Shown here in pieces: positions 9,801-19,103 of a stretch of DNA of 64,000 nt (positions are counted from its first letter, which is position 1; each line of letters begins with the position of its first letter). Made by a program: the position numbers and the translations under genes. The DNA is from Gammaproteobacteria bacterium (GTDB lineage Bacteria; Pseudomonadota; Gammaproteobacteria; Magnimaribacterales; AG-339-G14). The stretch spans positions 2,616 to 66,615 of the forward strand of contig SGZL01000003.1 in the NCBI GenBank assembly GCA_004213955.1. Reading direction: 5' to 3'. The notes under the pieces were generated by a model. The model ran no database searches. It worked only from the letters and a program-made list of their open reading frames with translations, and was not told where the DNA came from.

Positions 9801-10955
9801 ATGCCAAGAAAACTTAAAAACTGTAATAACTTTCAAGATTTAAAAGACTTAGCCAGAAGAAGACTGCCTGGTCCAATCTATCATTACATTGATGGAGCCG
9901 CAGAAGATGAGACTACTTATCAAAGAAATACAGAAGCATTCCATGATGTTGATTTAGTCCCCAATGTACTTGCTGGAGTTGAAAATATTGACATGTCAGT
10001 AAAGGTAATGGGCTATAAGTTAGGAGTACCAATCTTTTGCTCTCCAACTGCTTTACAGAGGTTGTTTCATCATCAAGGCGAAAGAGCGGTTGCCAAAGCA
10101 GCCGAAAAGTACAATACCTTGTTTGGTGTGTCTTCTTTAGGCACGGTAAAACTCAAAGACATAGATGAACTGATCGATACTCCAAAAATGTTTCAGTTCT
10201 ATTTTCACAAGGATAGAGGTTTAAACGATTCTATGATTATTATGGCTCAGGAAGCTAACTTTGAAATTTTAACTTTAACAGTTGATACCATCACGGGCGG
10301 AAATCGAGAAAGAGACTTGCGAACGGGTTTTACTACCCCTCCAAAATTAACTCCGAAAAGCATTTTTCAGTTTGGCATAAAACCTGCTTGGGCTTTGAAT
10401 TATTTATTCAGAGAAAAATTTGAACTTTCTCAACTATCAAGCCATGTTAACGAGGGAACTAATATTTCTATATCTGTTGGGGATTATTTTACGACAATGC
10501 TCGATCAGAGTATGACTTGGGACGATGTTATAAAGCTCAGAGAAAACTGGGGGAGAAAATTCTGTCTCAAGGGCATTATGAGTCCAGGCGACGCCAGAAA
10601 AGCAGTAGAAATGAATGCTGATGCAATTATGGTCTCGAATCATGGTGGGAGACAACTTGATGGTGGAAGAAGTTCCTTTGATCAACTGGATGAAATTCTA
10701 CAAGAGGTAGGCGGAGAAATTGAGGTTATTCTCGACGGTGGTATTCAAAGAGGAACTCACGTTTTAAAAGCTCTGGCAATGGGTGCTACAGCATGCTCTG
10801 GCGGAAGAATGTATTTATTTGGGTTAGCTGCTGCCGGTCAGCAAGGAGTTGAAAAAGCCCTTGGAAATATGAAAAATGAAATCGAAAGAGATATGAAATT
10901 AATGGGTGTAAAAAAAATTAGTGAATTAAACCCATCCATGATTAGATTTCGCTAG
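9801..10955 (+). CDS. FMN-dependent alpha-hydroxy-acid dehydrogenase (L-lactate dehydrogenase/glycolate oxidase family)
   Basis: 384 aa, collinear with the LldD-type architecture. Motifs are YHYIDGAAEDE, KGIMSPGDA and VSNHGGRQLDG. The substrate cannot be assigned. Confidence 0.8.
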   Translation: MPRKLKNCNNFQDLKDLARRRLPGPIYHYIDGAAEDETTYQRNTEAFHDVDLVPNVLAGVENIDMSVKVMGYKLGVPIFCSPTALQRLFHHQGERAVAKAAEKYNTLFGVSSLGTVKLKDIDELIDTPKMFQFYFHKDRGLNDSMIIMAQEANFEILTLTVDTITGGNRERDLRTGFTTPPKLTPKSIFQFGIKPAWALNYLFREKFELSQLSSHVNEGTNISISVGDYFTTMLDQSMTWDDVIKLRENWGRKFCLKGIMSPGDARKAVEMNADAIMVSNHGGRQLDGGRSSFDQLDEILQEVGGEIEVILDGGIQRGTHVLKALAMGATACSGGRMYLFGLAAAGQQGVEKALGNMKNEIERDMKLMGVKKISELNPSMIRFR

Positions 10956-11004
10956 TAATAAATAATAAAAAAAGATAATTTATATTTTTTAATTAGGAGA
11001 AAAA

Positions 11005-11847
11005 ATGTCAGATTCACAATACACGCCCCCAAAAGTCTGGAAGTGGGACAGCGAAAATGGTGGCAAATTTGCAAACATAAATAGACCAATTTCTGGGTCT
11101 ACACACGAGAAAGAATTACCGGTCGGCAAACATCCAATCCAGCTTTATTCCCTGGGCACACCAAATGGGATAAAGGTGACTGTAATGTTAGAAGAACTTT
11201 TAGCTTTAGGCCATGAAGGAGCAGAATATGATGCTTTCTTGATTAATATTGGTACGGGTGATCAATTTGGAAGTGGCTTTGTTGAGATTAACCCAAATTC
11301 AAAAATTCCTGCATTACTTGATCGAAGTACGGATCCTCACACAAGAGTTTTTGAATCTGGTGCAATGTTAGTTTATTTGGCAGAAAAGTTTGGAGAACTT
11401 TTACCTACCGACTCTTCGAAGAGAGCTGAATGCATGTCATGGTTATTCTGGCAAATGGGAAGTGCTCCTTATCTTGGAGGCGGTTTCGGGCATTTTTATG
11501 CTTACGCTCCTGAGAAATTTGAATATCCCATCAATCGATTTGCTATGGAAGTGAAAAGACAATTAGACGTGTTGGATAAAAATTTAGCTGAAAGGAAATT
11601 TATTTGTGGAGACGACTATACTATCGCTGACATTGCAATTGCACCTTGGTATGGCACTTTAGTTCTAAGGAACATTTATAAAGCGGCAGAGTTTTTAGAT
11701 GTAGCTTCCTATGAAAACGTTGTGCGCTGGGCTACTGAAGTCTCAGATCGTGAGGCTTATAAAAGGGGATCTAGAGTCAATAGATCTCCAGATCAATTAA
11801 AAGATAATGCAATATTAGAACGTCACGATGCCAGTGACTTAGATTAA
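11005..11847 (+). CDS. yghU: Nu-class glutathione S-transferase / GSH-dependent disulfide reductase, YghU-like
   Basis: Near full-length collinearity with E. coli YghU as I recall it (PPKVWKWDSENGGKFANINRPISGSTHEKELPVGKHPIQLYSLGTPNG..., GGGFGHFYAYAP, ERHDASD). AGGAGA lies upstream of the ATG. Confidence 0.85.
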   Translation: MSDSQYTPPKVWKWDSENGGKFANINRPISGSTHEKELPVGKHPIQLYSLGTPNGIKVTVMLEELLALGHEGAEYDAFLINIGTGDQFGSGFVEINPNSKIPALLDRSTDPHTRVFESGAMLVYLAEKFGELLPTDSSKRAECMSWLFWQMGSAPYLGGGFGHFYAYAPEKFEYPINRFAMEVKRQLDVLDKNLAERKFICGDDYTIADIAIAPWYGTLVLRNIYKAAEFLDVASYENVVRWATEVSDREAYKRGSRVNRSPDQLKDNAILERHDASDLD

Positions 11848-11849
11848 TT

Positions 11850-12593
11850 ATGAGCAGCCCTTTAAAAATATACGGCGTTCCAATGTCTCAAGCTTGCAGG
11901 TCGTTGATATGGTTGGCTTTGAATAAAAAAATGTCCTTCGAATTGGTTTTAACAATGCCAGGCTCAAAACAAGAAAATGGGACAAGACATCCCACTTATT
12001 TAAAAAAATTTCCCAACGCAACAATACCGGCGCTAGAAGATCCGGAACAAGGCTTTTATCTATCTGAATCTCACGCAATTATGAGTTATCTCTGCAATAA
12101 ATATGAATGGTATGATTTCTATCCTGAAGATATTGAAAAAAGAGCGAAAGTAGATGATTTTTTGCATTATCACCATCGGAAAGTAAAAGAAGCCTCACTT
12201 GCATACTTTGCCCCTAAGGTAAGAACCGATTTAAATTTACCTGAAAATCTTATTGAACTTTCAAGAAAATCATTCAACGATTCTCTGAACGCACTGGAGA
12301 CCAATTGGCTAGAAAAAAGTAAGTTTATTACAGGAGATGGGGTCACTTTGGCTGATTTGGCAGCTTATGTAGAGATTGGACAATTAAGAGATTGTTTTAC
12401 AAATCTTTACGATTTTAAAGACCATCCCAATATTCAAAGATGGATTCAAGATATGACAAAAGTTGAGGGTCACGATGACGCTCATCTGGTTTTGAAAGAA
12501 TTAGGTGACATCAGTCAAAACCCTCCTGCAATGGAAGATATAGCCAAAGCTAATATTGCTGGTTTTAAAAGAATTTTAGAATTGTCCTCGTAA
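11850..12593 (+). CDS. Glutathione S-transferase family protein (theta-like)
   Basis: 247 aa with a thioredoxin-like N-domain (TIPALEDPEQGFYLSESHAIMSYLCNKY) and a helical C-domain (TLADLAAYVEIGQL). It starts 2 nt after the yghU stop. Confidence 0.65.
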   Translation: MSSPLKIYGVPMSQACRSLIWLALNKKMSFELVLTMPGSKQENGTRHPTYLKKFPNATIPALEDPEQGFYLSESHAIMSYLCNKYEWYDFYPEDIEKRAKVDDFLHYHHRKVKEASLAYFAPKVRTDLNLPENLIELSRKSFNDSLNALETNWLEKSKFITGDGVTLADLAAYVEIGQLRDCFTNLYDFKDHPNIQRWIQDMTKVEGHDDAHLVLKELGDISQNPPAMEDIAKANIAGFKRILELSS

Positions 12594-12597
12594 ATTT

Positions 12598-13011
12598 TTG
12601 GATATGAACTTACCAATTAGTTTGTGGCGAAAAGTTGCACTGTTAAGTTTTTCTTTTATTTTTATTTATGTAGGTATCGATCATTTTCTAAATCCTAATT
12701 TTTATCTTTCTATAATGCCACCGGCTTTTCCATTGCACTTAGAAGCGGTATTGATAAGTGGATTTTTTGAGATAATAGGAGGAATTTGTATTCTTATTCC
12801 AAAATTAAGAAAACAAGCTGCGTGGGGCCTTGCAGCTTTAATAGTTGCGGTGTACCCAGCCAATATATACATGGCCTTATCTCCAGAAGTTTTTCCTGAA
12901 TATCCTTTGTATTTATTATATTTACGTTTGATTTTGCAATTTTTTGCATTCTACTGGGCTTATTTAATAACAACTCCAAAATTTAATCCCAAAAAGGTTG
13001 AATTAATCTAG
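12598..13011 (+). CDS. DoxX-like family small membrane protein
   Basis: 137 aa with 4 TM helices. The GIDHFLNPNFY...FEIIGGICILIPK...VYPANIYMA pattern is typical of DoxX-like proteins. The start is TTG 12598 or ATG 12604. Confidence 0.55.
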   Translation: MDMNLPISLWRKVALLSFSFIFIYVGIDHFLNPNFYLSIMPPAFPLHLEAVLISGFFEIIGGICILIPKLRKQAAWGLAALIVAVYPANIYMALSPEVFPEYPLYLLYLRLILQFFAFYWAYLITTPKFNPKKVELI

Positions 13012-13034
13012 AACAAGACTTTGAATATAAGAGA

Positions 13035-13775
13035 ATGAATTTATCAAGAAAATTAATTTTTACAGTTTTATTTTTAATCTCTTTGATTGCATATTCAACT
13101 GAAACTACTAATAGCGAATTAGATTCAAACAACTCTAAACAAAAAATAGGTTTTTTTGGGCCAATGAAAGCTTTTGATTCAGCAAGAACATCATTTCAGA
13201 GACTGCCGAACGGGGGTTTGAGAGCAACAATTCATCACGAGCCAATGGAAGGACTGACCGTCAAACAGTTTAGATGGTGGTTTGAAAATATTGAAGGAAT
13301 GACAACTTATAACGGTGTTGATTTCAATGGAATTGAGATACCTAGATATCATCTTTGGCATCCTCACGATCATATAAAAGTTTATTGGAAAAAAAAGCTT
13401 TTAGATGAAAACGGAAGGGTGTTACCGGGTTCAATCATGCGAATAAAAGAATCTTTTGGAGAGTATTTAGTCGACGAGAATGTTTTGATAACTAGATTTG
13501 ATGATGAAGAGTACAATTTTCAACTTGGAATGTTTGGAATCAAAGGAGGAGAGCTAATTCATGCTTATCAGGATAGCCCAGAGGGTTTGTTATTCATGAC
13601 TCAATTAACCATCAATAACGATCAGCCCATCATTGGTAATCTCGTAACTTGGTTGGTGACAAAGTTTTTAATCAACGAAGAAATGCTGAAAGCTTGGATG
13701 CAGCACAATATTGAAGAATCTGGCGAGAGTGCAAAATTTATTCCAATTCTCTACGATTACTACAATAAATCTTGA
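13035..13775 (+). CDS. Secreted/periplasmic PhlG-like (2,4-diacetylphloroglucinol hydrolase family) protein, putative Zn-dependent C-C hydrolase
   Basis: The N-terminal signal peptide is MNLSRKLIFTVLFLISLIAYS. FRWWFENIEG...RYHLWHPHDH and the C-terminal MQHNIEESGESAKFIPILY resemble the WWF...Y.LWHP..H and H..EE...FLPELY blocks I recall from PhlG. This is recall only and is not verified. Confidence 0.4.
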   Translation: MNLSRKLIFTVLFLISLIAYSTETTNSELDSNNSKQKIGFFGPMKAFDSARTSFQRLPNGGLRATIHHEPMEGLTVKQFRWWFENIEGMTTYNGVDFNGIEIPRYHLWHPHDHIKVYWKKKLLDENGRVLPGSIMRIKESFGEYLVDENVLITRFDDEEYNFQLGMFGIKGGELIHAYQDSPEGLLFMTQLTINNDQPIIGNLVTWLVTKFLINEEMLKAWMQHNIEESGESAKFIPILYDYYNKS

Positions 13776-13782
13776 TTAGATC

Positions 13783-14577
13783 TTGAGAAAAATAATCCTT
13801 AGTCGAAAAGGTCTTGACTCCAGTGCCGGTGGAGCACCGTCCCCAATCATGCCTGACGGTAGAATTTTTTCCTTACCAATACCCCAAAAAGAAAAATCTC
13901 CGAATCGTTACAAAAATTTACAATTTGATGAGTTCAAAGGAGCCGAGCTTCTTAAAAGTTTTAAAAGTAAAATCAAACCCAATGATTACTGTCATTACGA
14001 TCCAAGACTGAACCAAAAAGTAGGAATTTTTGGGCAAGCAAACGCCGCGCAAACAGAGTTAGATAATCTTGAGGTTCAAACAGGAGATTTATTCTTATTT
14101 TTTGGTTGGTTTAGAAATGCTGGCATGAAAGGAACTGATCTTCATCATCTGTTTGGATGGTTGCAAATAGATGAAATCATTAAAGGTGAAAAAGATATTA
14201 AAAATTATCTTAAATTAAAAAAACTTGATCATCCGCATGGTTTCAAAGACGTGACCAGATACAAAAATAACACTCTCTTCATAGGAGCTAATCAATTGAC
14301 TTTAAATAGAAGAAAAACTTTTAAAAGAGGTCATGGTCTTTTTAAAAAAACACACAAGGATTTAATTTTAACCGAGAAGAACAAAACTAGATCCAATTGG
14401 CAATTTCCAAACGAGTTTAAGAACTCTCAAAACTTGTTTATGAATCGTTTGCAATGGTCAGATCCAAAAAAAGTAAAACTTTCCTATAAGGGTTACGGAC
14501 AAGAATTTGTTTTAAATGCTGAAGCAAATCCAAAAATAGCATCTTGGGCATTCAAGCTAATTCATAAACATGGTTAA
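13783..14577 (+). CDS. Conserved hypothetical protein; N-terminus resembles the Nmad3 (nucleotide-modification-associated domain 3) family
   Basis: 264-aa ORF with a TTG start 7 nt after the upstream stop. RKIILSRKGLDSSAGGAPSPIMPDGRIFSLPIP, GDLFLFFGWF and HHLFGWLQIDEI look like conserved blocks. The family assignment is from memory only. Confidence 0.5.
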   Translation: MRKIILSRKGLDSSAGGAPSPIMPDGRIFSLPIPQKEKSPNRYKNLQFDEFKGAELLKSFKSKIKPNDYCHYDPRLNQKVGIFGQANAAQTELDNLEVQTGDLFLFFGWFRNAGMKGTDLHHLFGWLQIDEIIKGEKDIKNYLKLKKLDHPHGFKDVTRYKNNTLFIGANQLTLNRRKTFKRGHGLFKKTHKDLILTEKNKTRSNWQFPNEFKNSQNLFMNRLQWSDPKKVKLSYKGYGQEFVLNAEANPKIASWAFKLIHKHG

Positions 14578-14606
14578 TTAGATTTTAAAAATGTTTATAA
14601 TAAATT

Positions 14607-14945
14607 ATGGAAAATACTTCTAGATATCAAACCTACCAAGATTTCTTTCCTTTTTACTTAAGAGAACACAGTAAAAAAAGTACTCGTGTACTTCATTACT
14701 TCGGTACTTTGGGTTACCAAGCACTATTTTGGTCGCTTATTGTCACTCAAAATTTTTTATTTTTACCCTTAATATTACTTGCAGGATATGGCCCTGCTTG
14801 GATAGGGCATTTTTTTTATGAGAAAAATAAACCTGCAACTTTCACTTATCCTCTATGGTCTTTAAGGGGTGATCATCACATGGTTTATTTATTATTGACC
14901 GGTAAAATTAAACAAAGATTGAAAGAATCTGGCGTAACGGTTTAA
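14607..14945 (+). CDS. DUF962 / Mpo1-like small membrane protein
   Basis: 112 aa. FFPFYLREHSKKSTRVLHYFGT...GYGPAWIGHFFYEKNKPATFTYPLWSLRGDHHM matches the DUF962 pattern (His-rich, 2 TM). Confidence 0.6.
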   Translation: MENTSRYQTYQDFFPFYLREHSKKSTRVLHYFGTLGYQALFWSLIVTQNFLFLPLILLAGYGPAWIGHFFYEKNKPATFTYPLWSLRGDHHMVYLLLTGKIKQRLKESGVTV

Positions 14946-14956
14946 GAAATTTTATT

Positions 14957-14989
14957 AAAAAAAAACCCTTGCAAAGCAAGGGTTTTTTT
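14957..14989. terminator. Bidirectional rho-independent terminator between convergent genes
   Basis: There is a perfect 8-bp stem, acccttgc (14965-14972) / gcaagggt (14976-14983), with a 3-nt loop. It is flanked by an A-run upstream and a T-run (14983-14989) downstream, so it can work on both strands. Confidence 0.8.
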
Positions 14990-15004
14990 CAGTGTCTTAT
15001 AAAT

Positions 15005-18000
15005 TTAAAAAGAAGCTCTTAGATCTAAGTAGAAAGTTCTACCGAATCCATTATGAACGTCTGGATCAAAACCAAATGTATCAGCAGCCAATGGCGCCTC
15101 TTCATTGGTTAAATTGTTTGATCCAAAAGTAATTTTCATGGCAGTATCATCTAAATCAAATCGATAAGCTAAAGCTAAGTTATAGGTAGTCATAGCATCA
15201 ACAGTCCAAGGCACTCCATTTGAATCAACTACTGAACTTTGAACATAATCACCTACTCTTCTAGCTGTTAATGACGCACTAAAGTCGTTAAGTCTCCAAG
15301 AGAATCTAGCCGAGTGCTTGTCTTCAAAGTAAGAATCGGTACCCTCTAAAGCACCGTATCCTGAAGCCACTACTGCTCCAATAGTTGAAGACGCTCCAAT
15401 GGCTGTAATTGCGTCACTAAAAGTTCCAGCTTCAATTGCATTAATTAAAGTTTCAGCTTTTGAACCAGCGGAAGCATTTTGTTCGAGTTTGGTAGTGAAA
15501 GCACCTTTATATCTTAGTGCAAACGAACCAAAGTCAGTGTCCCAATCGTAGTAAACCGCTACGTCAAAACCTTCGACCGTTCGATCGGCAAGGTTTAATA
15601 AACTGGAAAGAACATAATCATGATTTCCTACTGGACAAAGTCCGAGAGCTTGAGCATCTGTATCCATGTCATCATAGTCGTCTTCATCTATAGCAGTCCT
15701 TACAACGTTTGGATTATAGGCCAAACTTGAACTATAACCGGTTCCAGTAGACTGCGCAGTACATCTAGCAACAGCTGCAGCAGCATTTGCATCAGCAGTT
15801 CCAGTTCTAGCATTCCAACGGTTTAAAAGATCCAGGGCAGTTTCATTAGATGTTCCAAAAACTCCCACAGTATCTTTTTTATCAATTTTAAAAGCATCGA
15901 TCGTAATTAAAAGATCTGCAATTGGCTCGATTACTGCTCCGATAGAGAAGTTATTAGAAGTTTCTGCTTCTAAATTGGAATTACCTTCTGCTCTTCGGTA
16001 GATCCAATCGTTGACATAATCGTCATCAGTGTCGATAACAGCCTTCGCATAATCCTGTTGATTACGATTAAATCTCACTATGAAGGGTTGATTCATTGCC
16101 ACTAAATTTGGTGCTTTAAAAGTAGTTGAAGCCGAAGCTCTCAAAAGCACATTATCTGAAGCTTGCCAACCCACAGCGAATTTACCAACCAATTCATCAC
16201 CAAAGTCAGAAGTTGATTCGAATCTAGCTGCAACTTGCATGTCAACAGTATCTGCAACTGGAACAGCTAATTCAGCAAAAATTGAACTTGTGTCTCTACT
16301 GCCTGAAGAATCAGCAGTCGCCGTTCCACCCATAATTGCACCAATGTAAGGATAGGTATATGTAGATGGATAACAACTTGAAGATAAGCCTGTGCTTGCA
16401 GCCGAGCCATCAAAACCAGTTGGCAGCGCACCCGTTGTGGGATCACCTAATCGACAAGACGAACTTGTAGAAGTAGTTTGCGAAATGTGGTGATAATTTA
16501 TAGTTCCGTCTAGTCTAGGATCTCTATCATCAACGTAAGTTTCTTCTCTGTATTCAACTCCAATCAAGAAACCAACTGGACCTGCATTGGTTTCAAAGAG
16601 ATCATCTTTAGTAAATTTAAGATCAAACATTTTGAGTTCAGATTCTTGAACTTTAAGAACGTTCACTAAAGTTTGTTCTATATTAGTTGAGCAATTAGTA
16701 TTTACCCAATCACATAGGAAGTTATATCCGGCACTTGTTGTATCGAATAATGCTTGTTGCATTAAAAGGAAATCTACTCGATTACCACCTAAATCTTCTG
16801 ATGTAGCTTCGGAAATGACAACAGCACCATCAAAGTCCCAATCACCGACCGTGCCACTTAAACCTTGAAGGAAACGCCAAGTTTCTTTTTCAACATCAAC
16901 TGTTCTCGGTAGGTCACCAGTTCTAAAATTATCGATCATTAGCTCAGCGTCAGGATCAAACGCTGCCGATAGTGACGGAGAAGCTCTTAAAGGGTTGTAA
17001 AAAGAAGCTGCAGAAATCGCAAGTTTTCTTGGATATTGCGTTGAAAGATCACGATGACTGAAGTAGTTGGAATCGTAATAAGCAATTTCGTTGTAAAGAG
17101 TCATGCCGTTGTCTAAATCAGTAGTTAAATTAATTAATAGATTGTGACGATCTGTTTTACCTCTGACCCATGCGTAAGCATTTTTATTCCAGCGAGTTAA
17201 AGCATTAGTTGAACTGTCACTTACAATACAGGTACCAAAACCAGTGTCGTAAATGGTTGTAACGCTTCCTTCAGAAGCTGCACATCTTGCGTCAGCGATA
17301 GGAAGAACTTGGAATTCTCCCCTAGAATCAACATAGCCTCTAGTAGAACTTGGTACAGCACTTGAAGCATTTTTCATATCAAATTGTCCTAAATAAGCTT
17401 GCGAGCTAGTATTGTCAAAGAAGGCTTGATATGGGTCTGTCGCGCCTCCAGGTAAAAACACAGCCAAGTCACCTTGACTCATGACGCGGTGTTCAGCTGC
17501 TTCTGCGTGACCTTTTCTCACAAAATCATAACTTACAGTAATATTGGAGTCGCCATTATTAAATCCGGTTCCGAAAAGTAAGCTGACAGCCCTATCGTGG
17601 GCATTGAATTCACTAAAAGTTTTCGCTCTGGTTTTTACAATCATTCCTTCAAATTCAGTATCTGTAACATTGTTCACAACTCCAGCTACTGCGTCCGCAC
17701 CGTAAATTGCTGAGGCTCCATCTCGAAGTACTTCAACTCTGTCCAATCCATTGGTAGGGATTAAGTTTGAGTTAACAGTACTGACTGGAGTGAAACCACC
17801 ACCAATTAATTCGGTTTGGAATCCTGGAGAAGTAACTAATCTTCTCCCATTGAGAAGAACTAAAGTATTACCAGCACTTATATTTCTTAAGTTGTAAGCA
17901 CCCATGTCCCCACGCGAACTATTAATTCCACCGGTTTCAGAAGATTCAGCAAACTCGTTTTGTCCTTGTTCTGTTATGTTTTCTAAAAGCTCATCACCAG

Positions 18001-18196
18001 AGTCAATTCCCAACGCTTCAATATCGTCGATCGAATAAACTGTTACTGGCAGTGCTCCTGTAATTGACGCTCCTTTAATTTGTGAGCCAACAACTGTAAC
18101 TTCTTCTTCTGTGCCACCTTCATTTTGGGCAAACAATAAAGAAGAGGAAATTAATAAAGAAAGGGTGATTCCTTTCAGGAAATTTAAAGTATTCAT
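15005..18196 (-). CDS. TonB-dependent outer-membrane receptor (1063 aa)
   Basis: Has a signal peptide and a TonB-box-like EEVTVVGS. Plug motifs are NTLVLLNGRRL and VEVLRDGASAIYGADAVAGVVN. A long beta-barrel ends in ...FYLDLRASF with a terminal Phe. GGGGGGA precedes the ATG. Confidence 0.9.
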   Translation of the reverse strand: MNTLNFLKGITLSLLISSSLLFAQNEGGTEEEVTVVGSQIKGASITGALPVTVYSIDDIEALGIDSGDELLENITEQGQNEFAESSETGGINSSRGDMGAYNLRNISAGNTLVLLNGRRLVTSPGFQTELIGGGFTPVSTVNSNLIPTNGLDRVEVLRDGASAIYGADAVAGVVNNVTDTEFEGMIVKTRAKTFSEFNAHDRAVSLLFGTGFNNGDSNITVSYDFVRKGHAEAAEHRVMSQGDLAVFLPGGATDPYQAFFDNTSSQAYLGQFDMKNASSAVPSSTRGYVDSRGEFQVLPIADARCAASEGSVTTIYDTGFGTCIVSDSSTNALTRWNKNAYAWVRGKTDRHNLLINLTTDLDNGMTLYNEIAYYDSNYFSHRDLSTQYPRKLAISAASFYNPLRASPSLSAAFDPDAELMIDNFRTGDLPRTVDVEKETWRFLQGLSGTVGDWDFDGAVVISEATSEDLGGNRVDFLLMQQALFDTTSAGYNFLCDWVNTNCSTNIEQTLVNVLKVQESELKMFDLKFTKDDLFETNAGPVGFLIGVEYREETYVDDRDPRLDGTINYHHISQTTSTSSSCRLGDPTTGALPTGFDGSAASTGLSSSCYPSTYTYPYIGAIMGGTATADSSGSRDTSSIFAELAVPVADTVDMQVAARFESTSDFGDELVGKFAVGWQASDNVLLRASASTTFKAPNLVAMNQPFIVRFNRNQQDYAKAVIDTDDDYVNDWIYRRAEGNSNLEAETSNNFSIGAVIEPIADLLITIDAFKIDKKDTVGVFGTSNETALDLLNRWNARTGTADANAAAAVARCTAQSTGTGYSSSLAYNPNVVRTAIDEDDYDDMDTDAQALGLCPVGNHDYVLSSLLNLADRTVEGFDVAVYYDWDTDFGSFALRYKGAFTTKLEQNASAGSKAETLINAIEAGTFSDAITAIGASSTIGAVVASGYGALEGTDSYFEDKHSARFSWRLNDFSASLTARRVGDYVQSSVVDSNGVPWTVDAMTTYNLALAYRFDLDDTAMKITFGSNNLTNEEAPLAADTFGFDPDVHNGFGRTFYLDLRASF

Positions 18197-18311
18197 TTTT
18201 ATCCCCCCACAGTAAATTTGAATTAAGGAAATGTTAACAAACCGTCATAATTCTTCAACTGTTTAAGCTTTTATATAAAATATCTTATAAAATTTAATTT
18301 TAGGGATAATT

Positions 18312-19103
18312 ATGAAAATTTTGTTTATGGTTTGGTTGCTTGTCCTTACCAATTTATTGCTCGCATCGTCACCGGATAAAAAAAGCCTTGAAAATGAGAA
18401 CCCAGAACAAGTTTTAATGATTGGTAACAGCTTTATTTACTACAACAATGGCATGCACAACCCTTTAGTAAATTTGATTAGGGCCGATAAATCTTTAGGC
18501 AAAGATCATCGAATTCGTAAAATTACCATTAACGGCTCTTCTTTGACTTGGCATAATGTCAAAACATATATCTCTAACCCTTTTATAGGTTCTTTTACTT
18601 TCGATAAAAGCAATAATCTGGTCAACTTAGAAAAAAAACCTTTCGAATTAGCCATAATGCATGACTGCTCAAGATGTCCGATTTCAGAGGCAACTAAATC
18701 AATGTTTCATAAAGTCGTTGATGTGCACTCAAAAACTTTGAGAGAGGCAAACATCGAACCTGCGTTAATGATGACCTGGGCTTATAAGGACAAGTCTTCA
18801 ATGACAAAGAAACTCGCTAAGGAATATATTGATGCAGCGAACAGAAATAATATCTTGGTTATACCCGTGGGATTAGCATTTGCCGAGATAAATAAAAATT
18901 TTCCTGACATTAATTTATACACTAGGGATAAAAGACACCCTAGTAAGCTAGGAACTTATCTTGCGGCTTGTGTTATTTTTTCTTCGGTTTATAAAAAAAC
19001 TCCTGAAGGCAATCCATTTTTATTTGGTCTTGATCCGAACAAGGCAAAGATTATCCAACAAGTAGCGTGGCAAGTATCTTCAGATTTTTATACTGGCAAA
19101 TAA
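18312..19103 (+). CDS. Secreted SGNH/GDSL-type hydrolase (DUF4886-like esterase)
   Basis: Has a signal peptide. Block I is VLMIGNSFIYYNNGM (Ser nucleophile) and block V is RDKRHPSKLGTYLAACVIF (D..H). Confidence 0.55.
   Translation: MKILFMVWLLVLTNLLLASSPDKKSLENENPEQVLMIGNSFIYYNNGMHNPLVNLIRADKSLGKDHRIRKITINGSSLTWHNVKTYISNPFIGSFTFDKSNNLVNLEKKPFELAIMHDCSRCPISEATKSMFHKVVDVHSKTLREANIEPALMMTWAYKDKSSMTKKLAKEYIDAANRNNILVIPVGLAFAEINKNFPDINLYTRDKRHPSKLGTYLAACVIFSSVYKKTPEGNPFLFGLDPNKAKIIQQVAWQVSSDFYTGK

Noticed and set aside
15005-18196. The G+C content of the TonB-dependent receptor gene is visibly higher than that of its neighbours. I considered this as a sign of horizontal transfer.
   Set aside because: Spot counts give about 40% G+C. 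That is similar to other conserved or highly expressed genes here, such as acnB. It is also expected from the Gly/Ala/Thr/Ser/Asp-rich barrel composition. No flanking mobility genes, repeats or tRNA are present.
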